This document shows, one piece after another, positions 1 through 10,572 of a stretch of DNA of 64,000 nucleotides (its first letter is position 1; every line of letters begins with the position of its first letter). The stretch comes from Promethearchaeota archaeon (lineage in GTDB: Archaea; Asgardarchaeota; Lokiarchaeia; Sigyniarchaeales; SOKP01): positions 256,001 through 320,000 of the forward strand of contig JBHLOY010000003.1 in assembly GCA_048939995.1 (NCBI GenBank), written 5' to 3'. Both the position numbers and the translations under genes were made by a program. Below the pieces are notes generated by a model. That model was given only the letters and a program-made list of their open reading frames with translations. It did not search any database and was not told the origin of the DNA.

Positions 1-3000
1 ACCACTTTAAAGTTGCTTTTCCATTTATATTGGTGGTTAAATTAGCAATACTTAATCCTAATGGATCGTTAACAGTTAACTTAAGTTTAACACCACTTAC
101 TGGAATAATTGGGGCATCAAAAGTTAGGACAGTAAACTCTACAGTAGTCAAATTTACTTGAATTGGGATAGTCTCATTAAAAGTAGTGATATCTCCTGTA
201 GCAAGCCTAATAGTAGGTGGATTGCAAATCGGATTGCTATAGTATACCGAATAGTTATAAAAAGAGGGAGGTTCATCAACCCACCAAAATTTTGTATGTC
301 CTGAAGAATCTATTACACACTTTTGTAGTGGTTGCGTAGCATTACCTACAATTATCCAACCAGATTCAACAGGACTGGAATCTACATCAACTATTTCAAA
401 GAAATGAGTACTCACATCACAAATTAGATTAATGGTCTGAAATGGTTGATCAAGTAGGATTGCTTGAGATGTGACATTTACAATTTCAGTCACACTTCCA
501 ATATTTGAACTAATTGATACTGTAAAATTATACTCTCCCTCTAGAATGTTAGTAAAAATGACACTGCCATTAATACCAGTGATATCTTGTTTGATTAATT
601 CGATATTTTGATACATTGAAATAGTCGCATTAGGGATAAGATTATTATATAAATCCAAAGCGTTAATTTGAGCAGTTAGATATATTACTGGTTTCATATA
701 TTGTTCTGCTCCAACAGAATAAAAAGAGGAGGGATCAATTTGATTATTATATTCAGTTTCAATCCAATCGTTAGATCGTATAGTATTGGAAATACGAACT
801 TCATCAATAATTCCATCAAACCAAGAAGCAGAGCTGTCAGATCTTCTCGCAATACGCAAAGGTAAGGGGGGGTTATACATAGACGATGGTACTCCTGTAG
901 TTATTATAGCTACCTCTGTTCCATTAAAAAATAATTTAGAAAAATCATTTGGTTTAAAAACTCCAACAACATGATACCATTGACCTACTCTTACGCGTTC
1001 ATAACCCGTTGTAATCGTACTAGTTCCATCAGGTGAGTATCGAAACATAATCCAACCATCAGGGTTTATGGCAGGATCATCATCAAAACTGATATCCCAC
1101 CCTCGAAAACCTGCACCTCCATGTTTTGCTACTAGATAATCATTATCTATATAATTATCTGCTTTAAACCATGCTTGAACAGTTATTTCTCCTGTAATTT
1201 GCAGCTCACCTGTATTTCCAAAATCAATATAATCATTACTCCCATCAAAATCTAAAGCACCATCGATCATTCCTCCAACTTGATCTGAATTTGTCATGGT
1301 ACCATACGAGGATCCATCACTAGAAGGAAGAGTTCTATCTTTTATCTGCGGAGGTGTACCAGAAGGGTCTTCATTTAAGTGCCAAACTCCAACATATCCA
1401 GAAATCCATACTCCAGATGATCTTTCTCGTGAACTCATTGTAGAATTTCCATAATACATAGTAATATTTGTATCAAAAGCTGTGGATAAAAAAGGAATAC
1501 GCACCCAAGCTATAAATTCAGCGTCCGTACTACTATAAGATTGATTAAAGATTTCTATTTCATGATCTAACCATGTACCATCCATAGCAAAAGCAATATC
1601 ATCACCATCAGATTGCACATCATTGTGTAAATCATTATCTAGAAGTGAAATTAGAAAGGGGAAATTAATATGACTCCCCGTTCCTAGAATCATATTGTGA
1701 TTAATCGTTATAACTTTATAATAATTGAAATAATTCGCATTATATGGTAAGTTATTTACCAATTGCTCAGTACTTATACTATAAAAAGAACTTGGATCAT
1801 TTTGATTCTGATATTGAGTATTAATCCAATTGTCTGATCTTGTACTAGAAGAAATTCGTACTTCATCAATTAATCCGTCAAAAACCTCTCCTGTCCACGC
1901 TCTATTAATCCCGATATAAAAAGGGTTAGAATTTATTCCTATATTTCCAATTCCGAAACTTTGCTGCTGTCTAAAAACACCATTCAGATAAATTCTTCCA
2001 ATTGAGGTGGAACTTTGATAAGTAAAAACAAAATGTTGCCACGTTCCAGTAGAGAAAGATACTGTTGAGGCCCATTCATAATAACTATCTGACGGATTTG
2101 CCAGTACTATATCAAAATTACCCAAATCATTTGTAGCTACATATATATCACATAGATTTATACTTCCACTGCCTAGAGCTCCATCTACTTTACTTATTAT
2201 TGTCATCCATTTACTACTAACATCTGGTCTAATCCATGCTTCTACTGTAAGTAAGGTGGATATATCCAAACTATTATCATCAGGAACTTCAATTCTTTGA
2301 CTTGAAGCATCAGTAAATCCAATAGAATTGTGGATTTTACCAGCCTGATCTAATAATGGATTATTATAATCTGTTCCATCATTTGAATATGAACTGGAAT
2401 CTTTAATGGCATTAGCACCCCCAACTACTTCATTTAAATGCCAGACTCCTCGATAATCACTTGTCCAAACGCCAGCGGGATTCTGTCGTGAACTCATTGT
2501 GGAGTTACCATAATACATTGTGATAATTGTATTTGTTGTGGTTGATAAATAAGGAGCCCTAACCCATGCAATAAGTTGAGCTTGTGTACTACTATAACTT
2601 TGATTAAAAATTTCTATTTCGTGATCTAGCCAATCTCCTCCAAGAGAAAAAGCAATATCATCACCATCAGATTGTGCATGATATCGTAAATTTTCATCAA
2701 TGAGAGAAATTAATACAGGAAAATTTGTATGACTACCTGTTCCAGCGACCTTATTATGATCAATTGTTATAATTTTGTAATATGTAAAATAATGAGCATT
2801 TGGGGGTTCTAAAGTTACTATTTGTTCTGGTCCTATAGTGTAAAATGATTTAGGATCATTTTGATTACTATATTCAGTGAATATCCAACCTGCAGAACGT
2901 TGTATACTGCAGATTCTTATTTCATCTAATAAACCATCTAAATCATAAAGCGCTGTAGGTGCAAAAAGAGCTTTAGCGTTATTTATATTACCAACAGCTG

Positions 3001-3979
3001 AGATACTATTTCCAGATCCTACCTGCATTCCGTTTTTAAAGATGCGGATAGCGTCCAAGGTCCTATCAACCACTCCGGTTATATACATCCAACTATCCAT
3101 ATCAATATCTAAATTAGGTGATTCTCCAATATTTGAGCCATCACATATTCGAAAACTGAGTGATGTTGCTACTAAATTTGTTTCAAAATCATATCCCACA
3201 TCACTAAAAGTTGTAGCGCCTTTATATAACGGTAATTGGTAATTTCCAGTACTTGCGTCAATATTTAACCAAAAACTAATAGTAAAGCTTCCTGTTCCGA
3301 AATCCAAATGCCCATCAACAGGATCACCAAAATTGAGCTGACCATCAGTTCCAAAATCATATGCTCCATCAACTTTTCCATTTTGCTCCCTATTAATTGT
3401 TCCATATATTGACCCTGATACACCGTAACTTGTGGAGTCTAGAGCGTTTCCCGTAGATTCCGAGAGATGCCAAACTCCTCTATAGTTATTAACCCATACT
3501 CCAGCAGGGTTTTCTTGTGAGTTCATAGTGGAATTCCCATAATACATTCTAATTACTGTATCAAAAGATCCATATAAAGTTGGAACTCGAACCCATACAA
3601 TAAGTTTCGCATGGGTAGAATTAAAAGTTTGGTTAAACAATTCGATCTCATGATCTATCCATGAATTTTCAGAAGAAAATGCAATATCATCTCCATCTGA
3701 TTGAACATCAGATCTTAAATCTGGATCAGTTATTGAAATTAGAACTGGAAAATTAGTATAAGTACCTGTTCCAGCAACTTCATTATGATCAATAATAATC
3801 TCTTTATAGAAATTAAAATATTGAGCATTAGGTGGTGCGCTCGATTTTGGAGTTAAATACTCTTCATTTTTTAAATTCTTAGGATTACTAAAAACTGTAA
3901 ATAAGGGTGTGCTAAAAATAGTAGGAATAACAAAAATAAAGATTAATATAATTAAAGATTTATATTTACGTTTCATCAT
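1..3979 (-). CDS. Large secreted/surface protein with three tandem DUF2341 + LamG (concanavalin-like) units; partial, runs off the window start
   Basis: Not in the ORF track; translated by eye at the start and at repeat markers, not end to end. Begins MMKRKYKSLIILIFIFVIPTIFS (signal-like). The motifs IDH...GTG...NFP.LIS...QSDGDDIAF, GVWHL and DE.RI recur; DNA marker gcaatatcatc at 3681, 2652, 1593. Confidence 0.85.
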   Translation of the reverse strand, partial: MMKRKYKSLIILIFIFVIPTIFSTPLFTVFSNPKNLKNEEYLTPKSSAPPNAQYFNFYKEIIIDHNEVAGTGTYTNFPVLISITDPDLRSDVQSDGDDIAFSSENSWIDHEIELFNQTFNSTHAKLIVWVRVPTLYGSFDTVIRMYYGNSTMNSQENPAGVWVNNYRGVWHLSESTGNALDSTSYGVSGSIYGTINREQNGKVDGAYDFGTDGQLNFGDPVDGHLDFGTGSFTISFWLNIDASTGNYQLPLYKGATTFSDVGYDFETNLVATSLSFRICDGSNIGESPNLDIDMDSWMYITGVVDRTLDAIRIFKNGMQVGSGNSISAVGNINNAKALFAPTALYDLDGLLDEIRICSIQRSAGWIFTEYSNQNDPKSFYTIGPEQIVTLEPPNAHYFTYYKIITIDHNKVAGTGSHTNFPVLISLIDENLRYHAQSDGDDIAFSLGGDWLDHEIEIFNQSYSSTQAQLIAWVRAPYLSTTTNTIITMYYGNSTMSSRQNPAGVWTSDYRGVWHLNEVVGGANAIKDSSSYSNDGTDYNNPLLDQAGKIHNSIGFTDASSQRIEVPDDNSLDISTLLTVEAWIRPDVSSKWMTIISKVDGALGSGSINLCDIYVATNDLGNFDIVLANPSDSYYEWASTVSFSTGTWQHFVFTYQSSTSIGRIYLNGVFRQQQSFGIGNIGINSNPFYIGINRAWTGEVFDGLIDEVRISSSTRSDNWINTQYQNQNDPSSFYSISTEQLVNNLPYNANYFNYYKVITINHNMILGTGSHINFPFLISLLDNDLHNDVQSDGDDIAFAMDGTWLDHEIEIFNQSYSSTDAEFIAWVRIPFLSTAFDTNITMYYGNSTMSSRERSSGVWISGYVGVWHLNEDPSGTPPQIKDRTLPSSDGSSYGTMTNSDQVGGMIDGALDFDGSNDYIDFGNTGELQITGEITVQAWFKADNYIDNDYLVAKHGGAGFRGWDISFDDDPAINPDGWIMFRYSPDGTSTITTGYERVRVGQWYHVVGVFKPNDFSKLFFNGTEVAIITTGVPSSMYNPPLPLRIARRSDSSASWFDGIIDEVRISNTIRSNDWIETEYNNQIDPSSFYSVGAEQYMKPVIYLTAQINALDLYNNLIPNATISMYQNIELIKQDITGINGSVIFTNILEGEYNFTVSISSNIGSVTEIVNVTSQAILLDQPFQTINLICDVSTHFFEIVDVDSSPVESGWIIVGNATQPLQKCVIDSSGHTKFWWVDEPPSFYNYSVYYSNPICNPPTIRLATGDITTFNETIPIQVNLTTVEFTVLTFDAPIIPVSGVKLKLTVNDPLGLSIANLTTNINGKATLKW

Positions 3980-4264
3980 TTTTTACAACTTATAATATAT
4001 TATATAATCTAAAAAAAAAAAAAAATTCAAATACCCATAATTAAGACAAAGATATTATAAGTATTTATATTTAGGTAACAATAAGGAGCACTAATCATCA
4101 TTAGGTTTAGAATCTATTATAAAAGTTTGTAATTTATAATCAAGTTTTTATCAGTAAAATTTATTACATAATTAAAATAAAAATAAAAAATCGAAAATTC
4201 AATTTCAAAAATAATATATTGATACTAATACATACAGTATTTTGAAAGCGTTAATATTTGGTGT

Positions 4265-6319
4265 TTGATCATTTTATTACAAGTGTATATTTATAGAGAT
4301 AAAAACTTACTTTATAAGAAGCAATTTGGAATAACTTCAGATGATTTAATCTTTGAGCAATTAATAGCGCCACTTATAGAAGAATCGCAAGCCTATGAAG
4401 ATGTTTTTTCTAAAGATTATTATAAATATCGAATATCATACACTTTAAAAAATGATTTTTTATTCTTATTTATCAATAGCTTAAATGACACTCTTGAGAC
4501 AATTAAAAAGGAATTAAATCGATGCATGGAGAATTTCATTGACTTAATTCAAACAGAATCTTTTAGCTTTGATGATGAAAAGAGTGTTGAAAAAATAGAT
4601 AAATTAGTTTTCTCAATTCAAAACAAATTCCCTCCAATAATATCTTTAGTTGGATACTCGGAAGTTGGAAAGACTACAATTACCAATCTACTCAGAACAA
4701 AAGATATTCCTATAGAAAGCAAACCCACTATCTCAGGAAATGTTGCTACACTGAAGTTGGGATACTTTTACTTTTTTATAAGGGATTTTGATGGTGATGA
4801 GAAAATTGGTTTCTTGTGGAATAATTTTATCAGGGGTAGTGATGCTGTACTTATAATTACAGATTCTACTTTAAAAAATGTAGAAAATTCAAAATTTTTT
4901 TTGACAAAAATTGAAGAAGAGGTACCATATGCAAATACTGGAGGAATAGGAAATAAACAAGATTTGGAAGAAGCTATAGAAGTTTCAAAAATCAGAGAAA
5001 TTTTAGGATTAGAGTCATATCCTTTGATAGCCATAGATTCAGATTATAGGCAAAAAATGATTTTAATTATTACAGAAATTCTGAAGATGCAACCAATTAT
5101 TTCACCCATAATCGATTTAGTTCTTGAAAGAGATAAATTAATTTTAAGCATTGAAGAAGCAATTAAGAATGAGGATTATGGAAACCTTGAAAATCTTCTA
5201 GTAAAAGCAATCGATATTTCTAAAAAATTGGGAGAAAATGCAGAACCTTTTTATGAAATTCAATTAAAAATAAGAGATCGGTTAGAAATGCTAAAACCGG
5301 CAAGAATTGGTTCAGAAATTCAAGCCCCAAGCCCAGAGATTCAATCTAGAAAATTATCTTTTTTAGAAAGGCGCCTAAAGATACTATTAAAAAATTACAT
5401 GGATGAACTTGAGAGTATGATCGCTGTGACTATTTGTGACAGAGAAGGACTAATTATAACCTCAGAGCGTAAAGGAGAGGCCGGAGATGAAGATGTATTA
5501 GGAGTAATAGCTGCTTCTGTTGATAGTTATATGGAAAGAATTAGAATGGAATTTAAGGAGGAAACAAATTTTTTTAATATCACTGCGACTAAAGACAAAA
5601 AATTTGCCTATTGCTCAATGGGGTTAAAATCAATTTTATTAACCGTCACAGATTTATCAAGTTCTGATACTGAATTAAGAATCTTTTCTGAGCATATAGC
5701 AGGAAAAGTTGAAATGATCATTGAGGGGAATGAGAAAGTATCTCTTGAAATACCTGAGATAGTAAAAACTTTGTCTAAAACTAAGGAAGGGAAAATTCCA
5801 GAAGGTGATTATTCATTAAAACTAATAGTTATTGGAGATTATGAAGCTGGAAAAACATCTTTAATATCTCGATTCGTAAAAAATCTTTTTAAAGAGAGTT
5901 ACCAAAGTACAATAGGTGTAGAAATTTCAAAAAAAGATGTAGAATTAGGCAAAAATACAAAAATAGATTTTGCTATTTGGGACGTTGGAGGCCAAGTGAC
6001 CCAAATGATTCCATATAGAAAAAGGTTTTATGAAGGGGCTAATTCTGCGTTTATAGTTATAGATCGAACAAATGAAGACAGTATAAATTCTATTCTAAAA
6101 TGGTATAATGAAATAAGCAAGTATATTGGAAAAAAAATTAATGTTATATTAATTGGAAATAAATCAGATTTAGAAGATCAAGTTGTTATAAGCGAAGAAC
6201 AAATTAAAAAGGTAGCAAATCAGTTAAATTTTCATTATATTCTTACTTCAGCTAAAACAGGCGAGAATGTTAATGATTCTTTTTTATATGTAGCTTATAG
6301 GTTTTTAGAATTAGTATAA
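4265..6319 (+). CDS. Multidomain small-GTPase protein: longin-like N-terminus, Arf-like GTPase, roadblock/LC7 domain, Rab-like GTPase
   Basis: GTPase 1: GYSEVGKT, DFDG, NKQD. Roadblock-like AVTICDREGLIITS. GTPase 2: GDYEAGKTS, YQSTIG, WDVGGQ, NKSD, SAK. Confidence 0.88.
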   Translation: MIILLQVYIYRDKNLLYKKQFGITSDDLIFEQLIAPLIEESQAYEDVFSKDYYKYRISYTLKNDFLFLFINSLNDTLETIKKELNRCMENFIDLIQTESFSFDDEKSVEKIDKLVFSIQNKFPPIISLVGYSEVGKTTITNLLRTKDIPIESKPTISGNVATLKLGYFYFFIRDFDGDEKIGFLWNNFIRGSDAVLIITDSTLKNVENSKFFLTKIEEEVPYANTGGIGNKQDLEEAIEVSKIREILGLESYPLIAIDSDYRQKMILIITEILKMQPIISPIIDLVLERDKLILSIEEAIKNEDYGNLENLLVKAIDISKKLGENAEPFYEIQLKIRDRLEMLKPARIGSEIQAPSPEIQSRKLSFLERRLKILLKNYMDELESMIAVTICDREGLIITSERKGEAGDEDVLGVIAASVDSYMERIRMEFKEETNFFNITATKDKKFAYCSMGLKSILLTVTDLSSSDTELRIFSEHIAGKVEMIIEGNEKVSLEIPEIVKTLSKTKEGKIPEGDYSLKLIVIGDYEAGKTSLISRFVKNLFKESYQSTIGVEISKKDVELGKNTKIDFAIWDVGGQVTQMIPYRKRFYEGANSAFIVIDRTNEDSINSILKWYNEISKYIGKKINVILIGNKSDLEDQVVISEEQIKKVANQLNFHYILTSAKTGENVNDSFLYVAYRFLELV

Positions 6320-6493
6320 CTTTATTCAGATTTTTAAGAAGCTCTTGGATGGTGTTAAGTTTATTTTTTGAAGAAAGATATTTTACAAAGAATTTTACAA
6401 ATACCATTGAATAATTTTTAATAAAGGAATTAGTATAATTAATTTAAATTAAAATTTATTTGTAGCTTCTTTAAAAAACTGAAGGATGATTTA

Positions 6494-7195
6494 ATGGTTA
6501 ATGTCAACGATACACATGATGAAGTTAACGATTTAAGAACGCGAATTAATGAATTAGAGATTGAACTTAAGAAGAGAGAAGATGAAATTTCTAAATATTT
6601 AGAAACAATAGAACATTTAGAAAATACAATCATGAAACTAGAGTCTTTGATTCCAGATGGGGAAGACGATAAAAAAAGCAAAAAGCAGAAAGCAATAGAT
6701 TCGAAGATGACTTTAGAAATTGAAGAAAAAGATAGAGAAATAAGAGATTTAAAAAATCGAATGGGGTTTTTAAGAAAAGAAAAAATACAAATTCAACAAG
6801 AACTAGAAAAATTTAAAGCTGAAAATTCTGATTCCACTGTGATTCGGACAGAAGATTTAAGAACCCCTCAACCATTAAATATTTTAGTTAAGGAATTACA
6901 AGACAAGGTAAACAAACAAAAATCAATAATTGAAAGATTAAAAGGGCAATCTATAGATAAACATGAATTTGATGACAAGGTTAAAGCCCAAGAAGAAGTT
7001 ATTGAAAGAAAGATGGCTTTCCTAATGCAAAAGCAAATTGATGACCAAAAGAATAAAATTGAATCCCAAAACAACATCATAAAAGAATTTAAGAATGACA
7101 ATGAAAGTATGAAAAGGAGATTAGATGTATTAGAAATTCAATTAAAAATGAGAGAACAGAAAATCGAAGAATTAGAAAAAAAGAAAAAAAAATGA
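6494..7195 (+). CDS. Coiled-coil protein
   Basis: 233 aa, E/K/Q-rich heptads throughout. Confidence 0.75.
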   Translation: MVNVNDTHDEVNDLRTRINELEIELKKREDEISKYLETIEHLENTIMKLESLIPDGEDDKKSKKQKAIDSKMTLEIEEKDREIRDLKNRMGFLRKEKIQIQQELEKFKAENSDSTVIRTEDLRTPQPLNILVKELQDKVNKQKSIIERLKGQSIDKHEFDDKVKAQEEVIERKMAFLMQKQIDDQKNKIESQNNIIKEFKNDNESMKRRLDVLEIQLKMREQKIEELEKKKKK

Positions 7196-7747
7196 ATGCA
7201 CTTAAAAAGAATGCAAAATGATTTAAAATCCTCCTTAATGGAATCCTTATTCGTCTATGGTCTTGGAATCATTATATTTTTTCTTTCTGTACTATTTTTT
7301 GTTCTAATAGGATATCCTCTCGTTAATACTGCTACAGAAACATTAAATATTGTTACCCCTCCATTATATATGAATTCAGTATTTTTACCCTATGGAATGC
7401 TTATTGGTGAATTGTTATGGAATTTGAATGAAAGAAAAGAACGTAAGATGTATAGTATTTTTCTTTTTGAATCTATTATTGTTGGAATCTTATCATTTAT
7501 TCGATATCTTCTTGGTATTCCATTTAGCGGTCATACAATTATGCTATTCTTTATTTTATTACACCAATCGATTACTAATAAAGCTAAATTTCCATTAAGA
7601 CTTCTAATTGGAATAGCAGTCCTTATAATAACTGCGGTTTATAAGATATTCATCTGGAATGATCCAATTACTTTTATTCTTGGAGCATTAGTTGGTATCA
7701 TTATATGGGTTTCAGGATTCTTCTATCAACTAAAAAAAAAGAAATAA
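7196..7747 (+). CDS. Multi-pass membrane protein
   Basis: About 6 hydrophobic segments; PFSGH motif reminiscent of PAP2-like proteins. Confidence 0.65.
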   Translation: MHLKRMQNDLKSSLMESLFVYGLGIIIFFLSVLFFVLIGYPLVNTATETLNIVTPPLYMNSVFLPYGMLIGELLWNLNERKERKMYSIFLFESIIVGILSFIRYLLGIPFSGHTIMLFFILLHQSITNKAKFPLRLLIGIAVLIITAVYKIFIWNDPITFILGALVGIIIWVSGFFYQLKKKK

Positions 7748-7762
7748 AATAAAAGAAAAAAC

Positions 7763-7975
7763 TTATCGTTTTATTAGATGGAAAACATACATTTGTTCTG
7801 AGCCATGTACATTTACAAGATCAAACCCATTTTCTGTCATATAATCTTCCACATAGGTTAAAAATTCTTGGTAGAATCCCTTTTTTTTTTCAAATTTTAA
7901 TGTTTTAACCCCAGAAGAACTAGCATGAGACATGGAATGAGCAAGTAAATTAATTGTGATTGTCTCAATCTTCAA
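7763..7975 (-). CDS. Small hypothetical protein
   Basis: 70 aa ORF, TTG start with AGGT upstream. Confidence 0.5.
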   Translation of the reverse strand: MKIETITINLLAHSMSHASSSGVKTLKFEKKKGFYQEFLTYVEDYMTENGFDLVNVHGSEQMYVFHLIKR

Positions 7976-8125
7976 ACTATATCTACCTGATACTTTTTAT
8001 ATATATTAGATATTCCTTTAATTTTGTAAGTCTTGACACCATTTAATGTTTTGCAATAAAATTTCCTTACATAAAAATTAAGGAAACCTTATTTGAGGTA
8101 AAAGGAGATAGAAAGACCTATTTTA

Positions 8126-8407
8126 TCAAAAACTCTTAAGCATCCAAACTAAAATTATCATAAAAACAAAAAATCCAACTATTGGAATAGCCATCCAAGC
8201 AAATACGAATTTGTTAGGATTCGAATCATCAACAAAATTAGGTTTCACCGTCATTTGTTTTTCTAAGGACGCAACTTTTTGCTCCAATTCTTGTATCTTT
8301 TTATCTTTATCTTTTAATTCCTTATTATCATCAAATTCAATACCGCAAAAGGAACAGAATAAGTCACTTTCTTCTAATTTTGCACCACAGTTAGTACAAT
8401 ATCTCAT
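8126..8407 (-). CDS. Zinc-ribbon + coiled-coil + C-terminal TM protein
   Basis: YCTNCG...FCSFCG, short coil, hydrophobic tail. Confidence 0.8.
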   Translation of the reverse strand: MRYCTNCGAKLEESDLFCSFCGIEFDDNKELKDKDKKIQELEQKVASLEKQMTVKPNFVDDSNPNKFVFAWMAIPIVGFFVFMIILVWMLKSF

Positions 8408-8531
8408 AGTTCATAATATAAAAATTATTAGTTTTAAAATTATTTATCTCAAAAAAATCCGAAAATTACAACATGAATGGACATTATATTTAAATAGAGA
8501 ATTATCTATGATCATTTCTTGGAAAAAATAA

Positions 8532-8852
8532 ATGAAAATTAGAGCAAAGAAGAATTATTTAATAATAGTTTTTCTCATAAGCATTTGCACTTTTACTATA
8601 AGTGTATATGCATCTCTTATTTTAGATAAAAAAGTTATTTACACAAGTGGTACTATTGCTTTAGTTCCTTTAGAAGGTGGTTTTTATGGTATTGAAGGAG
8701 ATGATTACAAACATTATGAGCCCATTAATCTACCAAAAGATTTTGAGATAAATGGATTAAGAGTAATTTTTAATGCCATAAAAAGAGATGACTTAGGCAG
8801 CTTTCGTATGTGGGGATCCATTATCCAAATAATTAATATCAAGCGTATTTAA
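8532..8852 (+). CDS. Membrane-anchored hypothetical protein
   Basis: N-terminal TM, then LEGGFYGI...YEPINLP. Confidence 0.7.
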   Translation: MKIRAKKNYLIIVFLISICTFTISVYASLILDKKVIYTSGTIALVPLEGGFYGIEGDDYKHYEPINLPKDFEINGLRVIFNAIKRDDLGSFRMWGSIIQIINIKRI

Positions 8853-8866
8853 AGCTTTTCATACTC

Positions 8867-9532
8867 TTATCTTTTTATTATTTGAATCCCTCTCCTTTTC
8901 AGATTTTTAATTACAAAAGGGTATTCAATAAGTTCTTCAAATTCCAAATTTGGAATACCTAGACTCCTAATTTGGTCAACTGTAAAAAGATTCACTAAAA
9001 GGGCTGCTCTGTTTTTTATATTATATTTATTTAAAAGTTTTAATGCATTAATTTGATAATGAAAATACTTGCCAACTACACCAGTAATCTTTTGAAAAGT
9101 TATTTCGTCTACACCTTTTAACGAGACTCTTACGTAAATATTCTCAAATCTACTTAATTTTTTCGCAAATTTTTCATCAAAAAGAATTCCATTCGTTTCA
9201 AGGATAAATATAACATCTTTGGGAACTAAATTTATCAAACTAAGAAGGTGTTCCTTACAAATAGTAGGTTCTCCACCACTTATTCTTATAAGTGGTTGAT
9301 TCATATTTACAAGTTTTTTGCTTACTTGTAATGCAGAATAGTATTGCCCAAATTTATAGGACCAAACTTTTTTTTGTCCCCAGCAATAGACGCATCTTAA
9401 ATTACATCCTATACAATCGGCTGTGGCACATCCACCATAAAATTTGGTTTTTCGGAATCTATAATACTTTCTTTTATTATTAATGCAAACATTATGCTTA
9501 ATTTGTTTAGATAATTCGATTGGATCAATCAT
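8867..9532 (-). CDS. Radical SAM protein
   Basis: CNLRCVYC, ISGGEPT, LETNG. Confidence 0.9.
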   Translation of the reverse strand: MIDPIELSKQIKHNVCINNKRKYYRFRKTKFYGGCATADCIGCNLRCVYCWGQKKVWSYKFGQYYSALQVSKKLVNMNQPLIRISGGEPTICKEHLLSLINLVPKDVIFILETNGILFDEKFAKKLSRFENIYVRVSLKGVDEITFQKITGVVGKYFHYQINALKLLNKYNIKNRAALLVNLFTVDQIRSLGIPNLEFEELIEYPFVIKNLKRRGIQIIKR

Positions 9533-9572
9533 ATCATAATTCTCATCAAAAAATAAATGAAAATAAGGTTAT

Positions 9573-9737
9573 TCATTTATCATTTAAATCGTTATTATTT
9601 CCTAATTCTCTTATAAGATAATCTTTCAGAGCACATCTTACAAGTTCAGAGCGACTAGGATATATCTTATGATCCCCGACTAATTTGTTAATTGCCTCAA
9701 CATCTTCTTGTGGAAGGTTAATAGTGACAATTTTCAT
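9573..9737 (-). CDS. Ribbon-helix-helix (CopG/Arc/MetJ-type) regulator, 54 aa
   Basis: Translated by eye: MKIVTINLPQEDVEAINKLVGDHKIYPSRSELVRCALKDYL..., with the typical beta-strand + SRSE.VR.A pattern. Confidence 0.85.
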   Translation of the reverse strand: MKIVTINLPQEDVEAINKLVGDHKIYPSRSELVRCALKDYLIRELGNNNDLNDK

Positions 9738-9794
9738 TTGAACTTCTCATTCCTCTTATTAGTATTGTAGTCCTTTCAAATATTTATATTTTAG

Positions 9795-9814
9795 TCATAC
9801 AATATAGTGTATGA
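9795..9814. promoter_or_regulatory. Near-perfect 20-bp palindrome, candidate RHH operator
   Basis: TCATACAATATAGTGTATGA, 9 of 10 pairs, adjacent to the TATA-like box of the RHH gene. Confidence 0.55.
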
Positions 9815-9848
9815 ATTATTGTAATAATGAGAAATTTCAAAAATCTTC

Positions 9849-10130
9849 TTATTTAATATGCTCCAACATGGAAAGATGAGTCAAAGAAAAGTCGTGAAAA
9901 CCGTCTCGAGAGGGGCTTTTAATGCCTTCAGCAAGGATCATATGTCCTACTCGCGGTAGAAACCCATAAGTATTAATTTTTGAAGAATCTACTAAGACAG
10001 AATATAAAGCATCCTTCGTTTGTACAGTAAGTATCATATAACCATAAGTAAAACTTCGAGAAATTTTTTTCTCGCCATCTCGGATTGCCGTAATCCTTCC
10101 TCTTATAATTACTTTCCCAGTTCCACTCAT
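9849..10130 (-). CDS. Small OB-fold-like protein
   Basis: Beta-rich pattern IRGRITAI...PRVGHMILAEG. Confidence 0.55.
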   Translation of the reverse strand: MSGTGKVIIRGRITAIRDGEKKISRSFTYGYMILTVQTKDALYSVLVDSSKINTYGFLPRVGHMILAEGIKSPSRDGFHDFSLTHLSMLEHIK

Positions 10131-10248
10131 CTAAAATACTTTATATTAATTTTCTATAGAAACAAAAATAAATTAGCTAATTCATTTAGTTATATAATCA
10201 TAATCATTTATAGTTAAAAAAATCCAATTAAAGGGTTCAATTAAAAAA

Positions 10249-10512
10249 ATGGTAAAAAAATTTGTAGGTTTCATCTTAATGGGTGTTGCGGCAGGTAATT
10301 TTGTTGTCTCTATTATATTATTTTTTACATATAATAGCTTATTAGACTTTATTGGATTTCCTGACTATCAAAAACGGATATTAATCATTTCTATTTTAGT
10401 CTCAAGTCTAATACCCGCGATTGTACTTCTAATAGTAGGAATTGTCGTTTTGATAAAAGCATCCAAACAAGAAAAGCAAAGAACCTTAAAGGATCAAAAA
10501 GATCAGAGTTGA
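10249..10512 (+). CDS. Small 2-TM membrane protein
   Basis: Two hydrophobic helices. Confidence 0.65.
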   Translation: MVKKFVGFILMGVAAGNFVVSIILFFTYNSLLDFIGFPDYQKRILIISILVSSLIPAIVLLIVGIVVLIKASKQEKQRTLKDQKDQS

Positions 10513-10572
10513 TTATAGAAAATTATTAGATTTCTTGTAAAACATTCTATTCTTTGTATTTGTAAATTTAAT

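Noticed and set aside
786-3242. Plus-strand ORFs 786-974 and 3042-3242
   Set aside because: Antisense shadows of the large DUF2341/LamG gene.
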